From Croceicoccus sp. (GTDB lineage: Bacteria > Pseudomonadota > Alphaproteobacteria > Sphingomonadales > Sphingomonadaceae), in contig JAPYSD010000001.1 in NCBI GenBank assembly GCA_029936705.1, forward strand, positions 819-64,818: a stretch of 64,000 nucleotides of DNA, read 5' to 3'. Both the position numbers and the translations under genes were made by a program. Position 1 is the first letter of the stretch. The number at the start of each line of letters is the position of its first letter. Below, one piece after another: positions 31,259 through 42,714 of this stretch. The notes beneath the pieces are model-generated. The model did no database searches. It saw only the letters and a program-made list of their open reading frames with translations, and was not told where the DNA came from.

Positions 31259-31433
31259 GCGCCTCTCTTAGATGGATCCTCTTGCTCGACCTTATGCCGA
31301 TCCACGCCCGATTGCGCTGTAGCAGAGTGCACAATCTCGTGTCGGCCCAGTGCACCCAATCCTCCAGTAAGCATCTAACTGCGCGTAACTGGCAGGCGGG
31401 GCCCAGACGTTCAGTCTTTGGCGACCTAGCGCA

Positions 31434-31745
31434 TCACGCATTGCACGATCTGATGCAGTCGTTTCGCCCTGACGGCGGGCGCGGCGAACCGACGACGAGA
31501 TTATGCAGAGAAGGATGGCGGGTCGACATGTTGTAGAAGCTGAGCGAGGATATATTCGCATGCAGGTCGAAAGGGTCGATACTGGAACGGTATACGCCTG
31601 CCGCCTCACCCTTTATCAATATCTCCGCAAGCTGGTCGATCACGCTCGAGTTGCGGCTCCTCAGATCTTGGACGGTGGCGATGTGTTCGTCGTGATGCCG
31701 GTTTTCGCTAATCACCAGCCGGACGAGATGTTCGTGCCGGGGGTG
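31434..31745 (-). pseudogene. TetR-family regulator C-terminal fragment
   Basis: LVRLVISENRH...EILIKGEAAGVYRSSIDPFDLHANISSLSFYNMS; no HTH. Confidence 0.65.
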
Positions 31746-33122
31746 CGATCGGTCTTCATCGTCAGCGCCATTGCGCCCTGTTGGCGGTGATGATTTCTCA
31801 TCGGCTTCGGCGTCCGGCTGGCTAGCCGACCGGGTCCTTGAAAGGCGTCGGCCAGCGAAAACAGCGTTCCGGCCAGTCGACGCCGTCACACTTTATTCTC
31901 GACGAACGGATAGCCAGGCATCGGCGCCATGCAATCCGATTTTCAGCGCAATGGTAACCCGGCGCCTATTTTCCTCAGAGTGGCAGCGCGCTTCGTCACC
32001 CAAAGCTGCGACACCGTAGAACTTGTCTGATAATCCTTCTTAACGGACAAGCTCCCTTCCCTGCTCCCTCTCGATTGCGACCGACGGCGCAATGCAGAAT
32101 TGGCCGCAGCAAATCGACGACTTCACGACGCATTACAACCCTTCGGCTGACGGAAGCACCTTCGCCTACCTTTATGAAATCGACGGCCTCGCCCCCAATT
32201 CGGAACCCGGCAGGTCGAACCGCATGAAAGCCAATGTTGCTCCGAACATCTGCAACGATCAGTGGGTCCGCCTCGTGATCGAGAACGGCGCGAGCTTTGC
32301 GTACAGCTACTCGCACTAGATGAACACGGAAATTCCCTAGGTCTATTTCACCATTGATCGCTGCGCCTCACCGGCTTCCACAATCCACAAAACCAATGCG
32401 GCCCCAGTAATCAGGTGGCGCCTATCATTTTGGACCGGCCGCAAATCCGCCCTGCGGTCCAGAGAGGAGTCCATGACTAGCTTTCTACTGTCCGTCGGCA
32501 TCATCATTGGCACCGTTATCGCCAACATCGTCCTCCCGCCGCTGCCGCTCTCGGCGATCGTGGCCGTTGGCCGCCTTCGCTAGCGGGAACGCCCGATCCC
32601 GCCCTGCCCTCCCCATCATGGCATTCGCGTTGTGTTCCTTGCGGTCTATCTCCCTTGAGCCAACGGCTGCTTCCAGATCGCCAAGGCTGTAGCTGAAATT
32701 GAAATCGGCAATCGCTGGGTGCTGCTATTTGCACTGGCGCGCCTTCCGGCAGTCTATAATCGATGGCCCAAAAGCGGATTCACGCGAGCGGCCTCGCATT
32801 TTGGCTTCAGGCGCAGATACAGCTCCCCTCACCTATGTCGGCGGCCTTTCGACTTTCCTGATCATCTGGGTCGCCATTTTCTTCAACTGGTGGCCTGCCC
32901 TACCCGGCTAACCAACCCCATGGACGCGAATGCACCAAAGAAGGCGGTCAACTCTCGCACCAAATTGCCCAAGGTCGCGCACATACAAGCGTCAAACCCA
33001 ACTTTTCCACTGGATCGAACTTTTTTAGAAGCCGCTATTGCGACCGCACTTCTTTCGGGCCAGATTGCCTGAACGAACGAGTTTACTCGATTTTGCGCCC
33101 AAATACGTTACTCGAGGATCAC

Positions 33123-34334
33123 ATGGATCTGGCGAAGCCCACTACCCGCGAACGTCTCCACCAATTGGCCGACGCAAGTCATGCCATGGTCGATAAGCTT
33201 CGCCAACGCGCTATGGCTCCCTCAACTCAGAAGGATCTGAAATTTCGCACTGGCGTGCTTGAAGCTGCCGAGATTCTGAATTGCTCGCCGGCACGTATCA
33301 GGGCTGCTGAAGAGGACGGACGGCTCCCGCCCCCTCAAACTACTGAGACCAATCGTCGCGCCGGTTATACTGTCGACGAGTTATGGAACATGAGGCAAGT
33401 TCTCGGCCTGATGCCTTCGCGCCCTGAACGGTCAGAAGCTGCCATCATAGCAATGCAGAACTTCAAGGGCGGCGTCGGCAAGTCGACAACCACAGTCCAC
33501 CTCTCTCACTACCTCGCGCTCTCGGGTTACCGCGTGCTCGTGGTGGACTGCGATAGCCAAGCCACTACAACTACGATGTTCGGCCTAGACCCCCACCTCT
33601 CGATCGAACGGGAGGAAACTCTTTACCCCTTTCTCAGCGTCGATAAGGAACAAGATTCGCTGCATTATGCGATCAAGCCGACTGCTTGGCCCAACATCGA
33701 TATCATCCCGTCTGCTCAGACGCTTTACGAGGTTGAATACGAGCTCGCATTGAATGATCCCGAGACGGGTTCAAACCTCGGCACACGCATTCGCGAGCTG
33801 AAGGCCGGACTTAATGAGGTCTCGCGAAACTATGACATCGTGCTTCTCGATCCTCCCCCAGCGCTTGGCATGATTAGCATCGCTGTCATGCAGGCTGCGA
33901 ATGCCCTCCTCGTTCCTCTGGCGGCCACCGTGCCCGACTTCATCTCCACCGCACATTTCAACAAGATGCTCGCAGAGCTCGCTGATATGCTGTTCGAGAG
34001 TGGAATCGAGGTAGAATACAGCTTCATCAAGTACCTCGTCAGTAAGTTCGATATCAATGACGCCTCCCAGAGCCTCATGCGGGATAACGTCCTGGCAGGT
34101 GGCTTCATCGGAGAACTCATCGATCCAGCAATCTTGCAATCCGCCGAGATCAGCCATGCCTTCGTTAGGTGGAATAGCATCTATGAGCTTGACAAGCCGA
34201 TAGGTGCAGCGCGGACCCATAAGCGCTGCCGAGGTAACCTCGATGATGTCTTCGGCAAGGTTGAAGCCATCATTCGTTCAACTTGGACTGTCAGCGCGCC
34301 CACCCAAACCCCTGATCTCGCCGGAGCCCTGTAA
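33123..34334 (+). CDS. parA: Plasmid partition ATPase (ParA, repABC RepA type)
   Basis: N-terminal HTH, NFKGGVGKSTT, VVDCDSQA, LLDPPPALG. Confidence 0.93.
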   Translation: MDLAKPTTRERLHQLADASHAMVDKLRQRAMAPSTQKDLKFRTGVLEAAEILNCSPARIRAAEEDGRLPPPQTTETNRRAGYTVDELWNMRQVLGLMPSRPERSEAAIIAMQNFKGGVGKSTTTVHLSHYLALSGYRVLVVDCDSQATTTTMFGLDPHLSIEREETLYPFLSVDKEQDSLHYAIKPTAWPNIDIIPSAQTLYEVEYELALNDPETGSNLGTRIRELKAGLNEVSRNYDIVLLDPPPALGMISIAVMQAANALLVPLAATVPDFISTAHFNKMLAELADMLFESGIEVEYSFIKYLVSKFDINDASQSLMRDNVLAGGFIGELIDPAILQSAEISHAFVRWNSIYELDKPIGAARTHKRCRGNLDDVFGKVEAIIRSTWTVSAPTQTPDLAGAL

Positions 34335-35339
34335 ATGAGCAAGCAATCAGACTGGTTCGAAGGTCTATCCGGCGTTTCAGATCGGCAGGCAGAAGAAACT
34401 TCAACGCCCTCCCCTGCCCCGGCGGCAAAGCCGGCGCTTATGCGAAGGAACATACTTGCGAGCAGGGAAGATAGTGTGTCCCGGCTAATGGACGGATCGA
34501 CCAAGCAAGTCGTCGAGCGCCAGATCGATCCTGAAGAGATCGTGGTCTGGTCGGGCAATCCCCGAGACCAGGACCTTCTCGAGAAAGATGACTTTCTCGA
34601 TCTCATCGAATCCATTCAAGCCCATGGTCAACTCGAACCTGGTCTGGCCCGCAGGATTGCCGGAACCAAGAACCTCGAACTCGTAACCGGCTCGCGGCGT
34701 CTGGCCGCCGTTCGTTGGCTCAAAGCGAACGGATACCCGGATATCAAGTATCTCGTCCAGATTCGAGATGTGTCGAATGAGGAGGCGTTCAGGCGCGCTG
34801 ACGAGGAGAATCGCACCCGCAGCGACGTTTCGCCAATCGAGCGTGCCCGAAGCTACGCCTACGCGATCGAGGATCTCTACAACGGCGACCTTACTACCTT
34901 GGCGACGAAGCTGGGAATTTCGAAGGGCTTCGCCTCGAAGCACCTTAAGGTCGCCGCCATTCCCGAGGAGATATGGCGGGCCGTCCCTCGCATCAAAGAA
35001 GTCAGTCTGATAGCGGCTTATACACTCGCTCAGAAGCTCGATGATCCGAATATGGCGAAACTCATCAAGGCTAATGCGAAAGCCATTGCAGCCGATATCG
35101 AGGCCGGTGCCCAATTCGCCACGGATGCCGCGCTGAAGAAGCTCACGGAAGTTTCCACGCCTTCATCCAAACCCGAGAAGTTTGAGGTACTTTCCAAAAC
35201 CAAACGCCCGATGCTGAATGTGCAGTCCGCCACTAAGGGCGGGATGACCATGAAGCTGCACTCCAACTCGGGCGCCTCTGAAGAGGAGCTGATCGAAGGA
35301 TTCCGCGGAGCCCTCCGGCATCATGGCATGCTTAATTGA
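34335..35339 (+). CDS. parB: ParB/RepB/Spo0J partition protein
   Basis: GQLEPG, LVTGSRRLAA, ENRTRSDVSPIERA, HTH; directly follows parA. Confidence 0.93.
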   Translation: MSKQSDWFEGLSGVSDRQAEETSTPSPAPAAKPALMRRNILASREDSVSRLMDGSTKQVVERQIDPEEIVVWSGNPRDQDLLEKDDFLDLIESIQAHGQLEPGLARRIAGTKNLELVTGSRRLAAVRWLKANGYPDIKYLVQIRDVSNEEAFRRADEENRTRSDVSPIERARSYAYAIEDLYNGDLTTLATKLGISKGFASKHLKVAAIPEEIWRAVPRIKEVSLIAAYTLAQKLDDPNMAKLIKANAKAIAADIEAGAQFATDAALKKLTEVSTPSSKPEKFEVLSKTKRPMLNVQSATKGGMTMKLHSNSGASEEELIEGFRGALRHHGMLN

Positions 35340-36349
35340 TGTTCATCGTTTGTTCTCTTGGTTTGGTTGGCCATCAGGGCAGGCTTTCGGCAGTTGGCGT
35401 CCTTTGTAAGTCTGACCGTGCTGGCCGCAATTTCTTGCGGCTCTCCGTTTCAAGCTGGAAACGAGTATGTAGGCATAGCCATTCTTCGGCCTTGTTAGGG
35501 CCATAGCAGCCTCACCGGTCGATCAAATCTCTTGCTTCCGCCGTCATAGCGGCGTTCGTTAGTCAAGCACTCCGGCGGGCATAAATCTAGCCGCCCGAAG
35601 CATTTGGCTCTCGCTCCATCCCAATTAAACCCACTGATTGCCATGGGACTCCATAGCCGCAAAATATCGGCGTTCGGCTACGTCGCCCTCGAACAACCCC
35701 CTCACAGAGCAGCCGCTATCGACGTTTCTCCGTAACGAATGATTCCCAGTTGCCTTAGGATTACGAACCCTCTGTCCAGAGCTGGAACCTCCCCTTCCCC
35801 GCTAATGTTTCCAACTGGAAACGAACACACTTTTCATTTTGTCAAAGCGCATGACATCGAATGAACGCACAGCGGTAGTGAGTCTTTGCGTGGCACCATC
35901 AGTTGCAATCCGACGGTAACCGCTTCAGCGCAAAACCGGCAGCGTTGATCTCAAGTCACAAGACGGTGATATCCGCGCAGAGCGTGTCGAAGGGTGGAAG
36001 GTTGATATTCTGACCTCTGGTAAGGGCGGACATCTCACTAGTAGAGTTGCGCCTTCCCTTGCCTGATGAGGTTCTCGCGATCTCAATTGCGGTTTGGATA
36101 AGCTCTTCGCGCAGCGGAGCATACGGGAAAAGCGACATGGCATCCCATCGAACAAGATCGGATCAACACCCTGAGGCAGCGACATGCCTGTTTTTGGAGG
36201 TCAGATCGGTCGATTCGGAAAGCCTGATCTTATCGACGAGACATAGACTGCCGCAAACTTCACCCGCAGTCATGGACGCTGAGCCAGACAGTGGCTACTC
36301 ATCGGCTTCCCGCGGAACTTAAGATCACGATGCCAGTCGCTGGACCGCC

Positions 36350-36735
36350 CATGACCGGCATTGTCGCACCGTTGGTGCTGACGGCCCGATTAATAATGAC
36401 TGGTTTGAAGCATATGTATCGTAGGTTCTCGTGCGCGAACTGCAACCCGGCAACTTCGCATTTATGGATCTGTCGAACCTCAAATGCCCTGCAATCAGCG
36501 ATCGGCTCGAGACAGTCGGGGCAGTCGGGGCAACGCAGCGCTGCCTCTCACCCTATAGCCCCGACTTCCGCTCAAGAAGGCCTTCTCGCGCCTTGAGACC
36601 ATGCTCTTCGAGGCTGGCGAGAGAACCGTCAACGGACTGTGGGGACTCATCGGCAATCTCGTCAACATCTTCCAGCCAAAGAATGCGCCAGCTACTTCAG
36701 CTTGTGCGGATGCAACCCAGACTGATCGACAACCG
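36350..36735 (+). pseudogene. Degraded IS630-family transposase C-terminal fragment
   Basis: IVAPLVL..., ELQPGNFAFMDLSNLK, LSPYSPDF, AGERTVNGLWGLIGNLVNIFQP spread over several frames. Confidence 0.75.
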
Positions 36736-37451
36736 CCCAAAGTTCGAGAGCAACAAAGCGCCGCCTCATCTAGCTGCAGTTTATTTCCAGCTGGAAACGG
36801 TGCGAGGAAGTTAACCAATAATCACCGAACCTCATCCTGCCTTAGATGACTCTTGCAGTTATGCGCGCGATCTAATGAACCTAGCTCTCATCGTTCGGCC
36901 TCTTTTGAACAAGGGCAGGACGAGAGGTGAATGTTTGATTTCGGATTGCGGGTTCAACCACCGTGACGCCGTTATTCATTGTCGGTTCGACTAGATCATT
37001 GTTGCCTTCCCCTGATCAATGAGACCGTACTGTTTATCTCGCTTTCACCTCCGTCCATACCATCTAGAACCAAGCTTCACCCCCAGGCAGGCCCATGATC
37101 GATGATATGCGTTCACCCCGATACTCACTTGGAAGACGTGGCGAGGGCAGCTGAGTGAACCAAATGGTTTTGTAGGGCGAGGGGTCAACTAGCGAATTAG
37201 ACCGCCACCGATTCAGGCCGTATCAGGATTGGGCTAGGCTATCTCTTTCCGATCCTATATCAAACGACATCATCATTCTTCGAGCTTGCATCTGTAAGCC
37301 TCCATCCGTCGCCAAAGCGACTATCAAGCCGCAGCTCCCTCGGTTCCATCCTATAACCTGTGAATTTTATGCTTGATCCGATAATGCAGTTCGTTGTTTA
37401 TATGTCTGCGTGCCGATTCGACTCGGGACGCAGTTCAAGTGAACGTGGTGC

Positions 37452-38741
37452 ATGGCGATTCGCGCTAAGGGGACAGTGATGAATACCGACGGCAAGAGAA
37501 TCGGGCTTGCAATTGATAACACTGCTCGCTCAGTAATTGTGTCCGATGAGTCTGCGGCCGAGCATTACCTAGAATGCATCGATATCTTTGGTTTCCGCTA
37601 TCATCAGGAATTGATGGAGCGCCCATTCCTCGCCCTCAGTAAGTCTCGCACGCGCCCGATCGATTATACGTCGCCTGATGGTCTCACCACCGTAAAGGTC
37701 ACATGCGATCCCGAATACGGAATGGCAACGATCTGGGATGGCGACGTCCTGATCTACCTTGCATCCGTAGTATGCGATATGAAGCGACGCGGTATAAATG
37801 ACATTCCTCGCCAAATAACGCTTCGTCCCTACGACATACTGCGAGCAATCAAGCGGCCGACCGGCGGTAAGAATTACGAGCAACTCACGCACGGCTTCGA
37901 TCGGCTAGTAGCGACAACCGTGAAGACCAATGTTCGAGGGGGGGAAGGGCGCCGAGAGTCCACTTTCAGTTTTCTAGATAGCTGGAACCACGTCGTCGAT
38001 AGCGACGAGATCGCCAAAGGCGTGACACTCGTCATGTCGAACTGGTTTTACGAAGCTGTCTTGGAACAGAGCAAATATCTAAGGCTCGATCCCATCTATT
38101 TCACCTTGAAGTCAGGCTATGAGCGGTGGATCTATCAGATCACCCGCAAACATGCCGGTGGCCACGGTGAAAGGGGTTGGGATTTCACTTTCCCGACATT
38201 GCACGCAAAATCCGGGAGTGTTCAGCCGCTGAACCAGTTTAAGCGGGACATCAAGAAGATCATTGAACGGAACGCAATCCCGGGCGTGAAGATGTCCATC
38301 ATCGGCCGAGGGAAGGGCGAGAAGCTGAAACTGGTCTTTGTCGGTCACGGCAATCCAGTTCAACCCATGGCGGATGATGCGGACTCCGTTTCCAGCTGGA
38401 AACGAGAAGACGCCAACGTCGTGGAGCTGCCACCAGCACCAAAGCCCAGAGCCTCTGACAATCACCACAACGTTGAGGACGATTTCATTCCGACCCATGA
38501 GGCTCAAAGCTTAATTTCTAAGGCGACTGGATTAATCGCGGGCAGGGCGGGGCGCGGTGAGCTCACTGAAGATGATGTTGAATGGTGTCGCAGTCATTGC
38601 CCTGGTATGGATGTCTACGCTTGCCATGAAGATTTCAAGGTCTGGGTCGATAAGGGCCCGGCACGCATACCTGCAAAATGGAGTGCGGCATTCAGGGGGT
38701 GGATGAAGAAAAACTTCGAGCAGAACCATCGTTTCAGGTAG
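37452..38741 (+). CDS. repA: Replication initiator protein A (RPA family)
   Basis: QELMERPFLALSKSR..PIDY, YGMATIWDGDVLIY, YERWIYQITRKHAG, LHAKSGS. Confidence 0.88.
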   Translation: MAIRAKGTVMNTDGKRIGLAIDNTARSVIVSDESAAEHYLECIDIFGFRYHQELMERPFLALSKSRTRPIDYTSPDGLTTVKVTCDPEYGMATIWDGDVLIYLASVVCDMKRRGINDIPRQITLRPYDILRAIKRPTGGKNYEQLTHGFDRLVATTVKTNVRGGEGRRESTFSFLDSWNHVVDSDEIAKGVTLVMSNWFYEAVLEQSKYLRLDPIYFTLKSGYERWIYQITRKHAGGHGERGWDFTFPTLHAKSGSVQPLNQFKRDIKKIIERNAIPGVKMSIIGRGKGEKLKLVFVGHGNPVQPMADDADSVSSWKREDANVVELPPAPKPRASDNHHNVEDDFIPTHEAQSLISKATGLIAGRAGRGELTEDDVEWCRSHCPGMDVYACHEDFKVWVDKGPARIPAKWSAAFRGWMKKNFEQNHRFR

Positions 38742-38769
38742 CCTCCACACGTTATCACGAGGCGTAACG

Positions 38770-38808
38770 ACCAATCGAGCGCATGATCTGCTCGATTGGT
38801 AGTTTTTT
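38770..38808 (+). terminator. Intrinsic terminator after rep
   Basis: ACCAATCGAGC / GCTCGATTGGT stem followed by a T tract. Confidence 0.8.
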
Positions 38809-39016
38809 CCTAATCGTTAATCCCATCTGCCAGATTGCAGCCCCTTAATTGATGGCAAGACTTAACGCCGTCATGTCCAGTTGAGGCTCTTTCTTCAGGT
38901 TTCATTTCCATCTGGAAAAGGTCGGGTGCTAGCGCGCCCGCCAATGCCCGACGAACTGCAACGCGTCCCAAGTTACCCGCACCGCGGATCGAGCATCTGA
39001 CAGGTCCATTAAAAAC

Positions 39017-39620
39017 GTGGGTGAAACACCGGCGGGTCGGCCATGAATGCTTCGGTTTCCAATATGAAACGCCGGGTTTCGATCGATATGCCACTGGAGT
39101 CAGACGTTTTCCTCCCGGAATGTGGGTGAAACACCGGACAAAGGCTTCAGGCGATTCAGAATCCGCATTTGATTCACGCTGGAAACGAGCGAAACCACAC
39201 CATAAATGGGCCGAAAACGATTAATTTCGACGCACCGTGCGTCGACCAAATCTGCGCCATAACGCAATGTTTACCAATAGTTTTTGCGGGAATTAGGCAA
39301 TCAAATTCGACTCCCTTAGGCCGTCATGATTGCAGACTCGGTGTATTACCCACATTTCGCAACATCCCGGTGTTCCACCCATCGTCACATGGTGCTTCAC
39401 CCACGGAAGAACGGTGTACTACCCATTTTTCATCGGCGTTCCGCCCACACCTGACTCGGTGCTTCGCCCACGGATCTTCGGTGCTTCACCCACAGTCGGA
39501 TTGAAGCGAATCGTGGGAATCACGTGCTCCGCGGACGTTTTCCACAACCGCTAACTTCTTTAATAGATTCAATAACCAACCTAACCCTTCTAAACAGGGG
39601 AGTGGTGAATTTTTTGATTT
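39017..39620. repeat. Iteron-type replication origin (oriV)
   Basis: Seven direct 15-mers (CGGTGYWYYRCCCAY-like) at 39339, 39368, 39390, 39412, 39434, 39457, 39479; two inverted copies at 39017 and 39122; DnaA box TTTTCCACA at 39538-39546; AT-rich tract follows. Confidence 0.85.
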
Positions 39621-39769
39621 TAGAGGAGAAACAGGAGGAAGGATAATCCCGACCTTGACTCCTCTCTCGCAGTTAATCTCCGATCGACACGATCTTTAAG
39701 CGCCGGTATGTCATCGCCAGCACAGAGTTCCCTGTACGATATCCTCGCAACTTTACCTGTTACGTCGAA

Positions 39770-41180
39770 GAACTCGAGCCATTGCTGGCGGAGAACGAAC
39801 GCAAGCCGCGGCGCGAACGACCGACGCTCATCCGTTTGTTCGAAGCGTTGCGGCCCCAAGGATATGAAGGCGGTTACGATACGGTTCGCCGGCATGTGCG
39901 TCGCTGGCAACGCCAGGAAGTCGATCGCACGGCAACTGCTTTCGTGCCACTGAGTTTTGATCCCGGCGAGGCTTACCAATTCGATTGGAACCAAGAGGTT
40001 GTCGTTCTGGCAGACGTGACGACGACGGTGAAGGTCGACCATATGCGATTGCGCCATAGCCGGATATTCTCCGCACGAGCCTATCCGCGCGAGACGCAGG
40101 TGATGGTGTTCGACGCCCTTGCCCGGGTCGTCGCCTTCTTCGGCGGCATCTGCACACGTGGGATATACGACAACATGACCACTGCGGTGGATGCGGTGTT
40201 CCTCGGCAAGGAACGCAAGTTCAACCGTCGGTTCCTCCAGATGTGCAGCCACTACCTATTCGAGCCCGTCGCATGCACGCCGGCGGCGGGATGGAAGAAG
40301 GGTCAGGTCGAGAACCAGGTAGGTATGGCTCGTGAACGCTTCTTCACTACCCGGCTGCGCTTCGCCAGCTACGAGGAATTGAACGCATGGCTGCTCGACC
40401 GTTGCCTCGAACATGCCCGCGTCCATCGCCATCCGGAGTTGCGTGATCGCACAATTGTCGATGTGTTCAAGGACGAGAAGCCCGCGTTGATGCGAATGCC
40501 TTCAGTGCCATTCGACGGCTTCCACGCTCTCACTGCCTTCGTGTCCAAGGCATTGCTGGTGCGGTTCAATCACAACAAATACTTGGTGGCTGCGCGGGCA
40601 CTCGGGCGCCCTGTCGAGATCAACGCCTATGCTGATCGCGTCGTCATCCGCCAAGGTGACGATATCGTCGCCGAGCATGACCATCGCTACGGCCGCGAAT
40701 AGACCGTTTACGATCCCTGGCACTATGCGCCGGTGCTGGCGAAGAAGCCGGGCGCGCTGAGGAACGGCGCGCCGTTCAAGCAACCGGCCTGCCGCCAGCG
40801 CTGGAGCGTCCGCGCATCAAGCTGAAGGGCAGCGACGATGGCGCCACCGCTGCCACAGGGCAGCGGAAGATATTGAAGATTTGTGCGCGAAGCGCACCGG
40901 CAGATGGTCAAGATTCTGACGGCGGCCACCGTTGATGGCCTCGATGCGCTGGAATTGGCTGCGGCCGAAGCATTGGCCCAAGGGGTAACCAGCGCCGATG
41001 TCGTGCTCAATATCCTGGCCCGGTCCCGATCGGCGCCGATGGAGCCCAGCATTGCCACACCCGAACATCTGCAGCTCATGATCGAACCCGCCGCGGATGT
41101 CGGTCGATATGACCGGTTTCTGCCAGCGAGCAGGGCCGCATGATGGAGCGCCACGAGATCATCGGCCTGATGGCGGCGCG
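39770..41180 (+). mobile_element. istA: IS21-family remnant (istA pseudogene, truncated istB start)
   Basis: GYEGGYDTVRR, AYQFDW, IYDNMTTAVD, KGQVENQV; internal stop at 40702 and frameshifts; istB begins MERHEII and is truncated. Confidence 0.9.
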
Positions 41181-41404
41181 CTTTGGACAAGAGTCACGCG
41201 TTGGACGAAGACCTGGTCTGAAGCGGAACAGGGGACATTTTTGCGTCTCCGAATTCTCATCCTATAGTATGCCCTAACCAGTGACTGATCAGCCTGAAAA
41301 GCTAGGCATTGCCGAGCATTCATTTATTTTTCACGGGACTATTGCCATCCTATAATGCGCGTGCTAGCCGCAATGCGGGCTGCAATATCGCACAGGGAAG
41401 AGAT

Positions 41405-41704
41405 GTGAAATCCGACGACGATTACCTCACAGATGCGCGAGAGCGTCCGGGACGGTGCCAACGCAGGTCGGCTGTCGCTGACGAGACCATCCGCGCCAAT
41501 CGGTCACTTGTGATCCGTGGGGCAGAAATGGGGGACACGTTGACGGACGTGGCGCATGCGATTCTTGCGAAATCGAAAGAGGATCGCGCGGTTTCGACGA
41601 TCGCTCGCAGGATTACAGCTCTCTATGGTCCGTGGCGCCAGCAGAAGGCTGGCCAAAAAACCGAAATCAAAGACGACAACTACGGCGAGGGAGAAAGCTG
41701 GTGA
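41405..41704 (+). CDS. Small hypothetical protein, possibly StbA-like DNA-binding partner
   Basis: GTG start with GGGAAGA RBS; GTGA overlap with the downstream ATPase. Confidence 0.55.
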   Translation: MKSDDDYLTDARERPGRCQRRSAVADETIRANRSLVIRGAEMGDTLTDVAHAILAKSKEDRAVSTIARRITALYGPWRQQKAGQKTEIKDDNYGEGESW

Positions 41705-42603
41705 GCGAGTTTCTGATCCGCACGATCATCTTCATCGCGGTGAATTCCGGCGGAGTGGGCAAGACGCTAATTGCCGAAATTTTCGATGCACTCACACGTC
41801 TTTTAGCCATCGATGCTCAGTTTGCCAGTTATGATCATGGCAATCACGCACTAATAAAATCTCTTGGCAAGAAGGTGATACCTATCGCAGGCACACCCGA
41901 CTTCGCCAAGGGCAAGAATATCGTTGCTGAAAGATTCACGGCCTCCATTCTCGTGATAGATTGCGGGGCTAACAGTCTGTTCGGACCTCACGCTGCCTTG
42001 GGAATGGCGCAAGGTATGCATAAGCAGGCGCAGAAGGATGGCCATCGCTTCTTCTCGCTTGTGCCAGCTGGCAGTGGCAAAATCGGCGGTCTGGATTCTG
42101 CTATCAACGCCCACAACGGCATGCAGGATTTCGACATGAACAGTAGGCTCATTCTTAACGACATGAACGGGTCTGGCGCGTTTGGGCGTGAAGAAATTCC
42201 TGAAGGGATTGCAGTCGAAGAAATCCCTTATTTGCCTGCAGCGCTTCAGGCACTTCGCCTTCAACTGGGCGTGTCTATCTACGACATGATCGTTCACCCC
42301 AAACCCGGTTATGAGGAGGCAGGTAAGCATACCCTCGCTTGGCTGCTGAAGGCTGCCAAAGCGCCGATCTTCAAAGAAGTTTTCGAAGACCATCTTGAAA
42401 GGCTTCCTAGGGTCCCAGATGGGCTCAGGGGCGTTTTTTACACGATAACCACTGTCGAAGATGTTCATAATGACCGCCTTGCGGCCAACTGCGAAATGCA
42501 ATCTGCGTTTAGGGCATTGGTCCATGGGAACACGGCCGATCCTAGGTTTACGCAGAATGCCGAAGAGCTCCAGATTGCCTACAGGAAATATTGGAAATTG
42601 TAG
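41701..42603 (+). CDS. ParA/MinD-superfamily P-loop protein, StbB-like
   Basis: N-terminal Walker A NSGGVGKT, Walker B-like LVIDCGAN, LILN. Confidence 0.7.
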   Translation: MSEFLIRTIIFIAVNSGGVGKTLIAEIFDALTRLLAIDAQFASYDHGNHALIKSLGKKVIPIAGTPDFAKGKNIVAERFTASILVIDCGANSLFGPHAALGMAQGMHKQAQKDGHRFFSLVPAGSGKIGGLDSAINAHNGMQDFDMNSRLILNDMNGSGAFGREEIPEGIAVEEIPYLPAALQALRLQLGVSIYDMIVHPKPGYEEAGKHTLAWLLKAAKAPIFKEVFEDHLERLPRVPDGLRGVFYTITTVEDVHNDRLAANCEMQSAFRALVHGNTADPRFTQNAEELQIAYRKYWKL

Positions 42604-42714
42604 GTCGATGACACTTATCCGGTCGGGTGAGGTGCCCGACCGGAAGCGCCGGATCAAAAAGGCATGAAAAAGGTGGGATTTTGCCGGTCGAGCCCTCACG
42701 CTGACCCTCTCTGA

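Larger units (their letters stand above)
35447..39186. repeat. Dispersed parS-like 16-bp palindromes (consensus GTTTCCAGCTGGAAAC)
   Basis: Copies at 35447, 35807, 36783, 38388 (perfect), 38904, 39055, 39171; the perfect copy fits the repABC parS consensus GTTNNCNGCNGNNAAC. Confidence 0.8.

Noticed and set aside
30573-31355. 260-aa novel resolvase fusion
   Set aside because: The N-terminal part is an alternate frame of the cytochrome fragment and the catalytic serine region is absent
32092-32319. Small ORF before parA
   Set aside because: Protein-like but apparently truncated and unassignable
35340-37450. repC completing a repABC operon
   Set aside because: No RepC-like ORF; only parS-like sites, an IS630 remnant and unassignable sequence
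39339-39493. Regular repeat array as a CRISPR
   Set aside because: Repeats are 15 bp and degenerate with mostly 7-8 bp gaps, lie next to rep and a DnaA box, and there are no cas genes; they fit iterons
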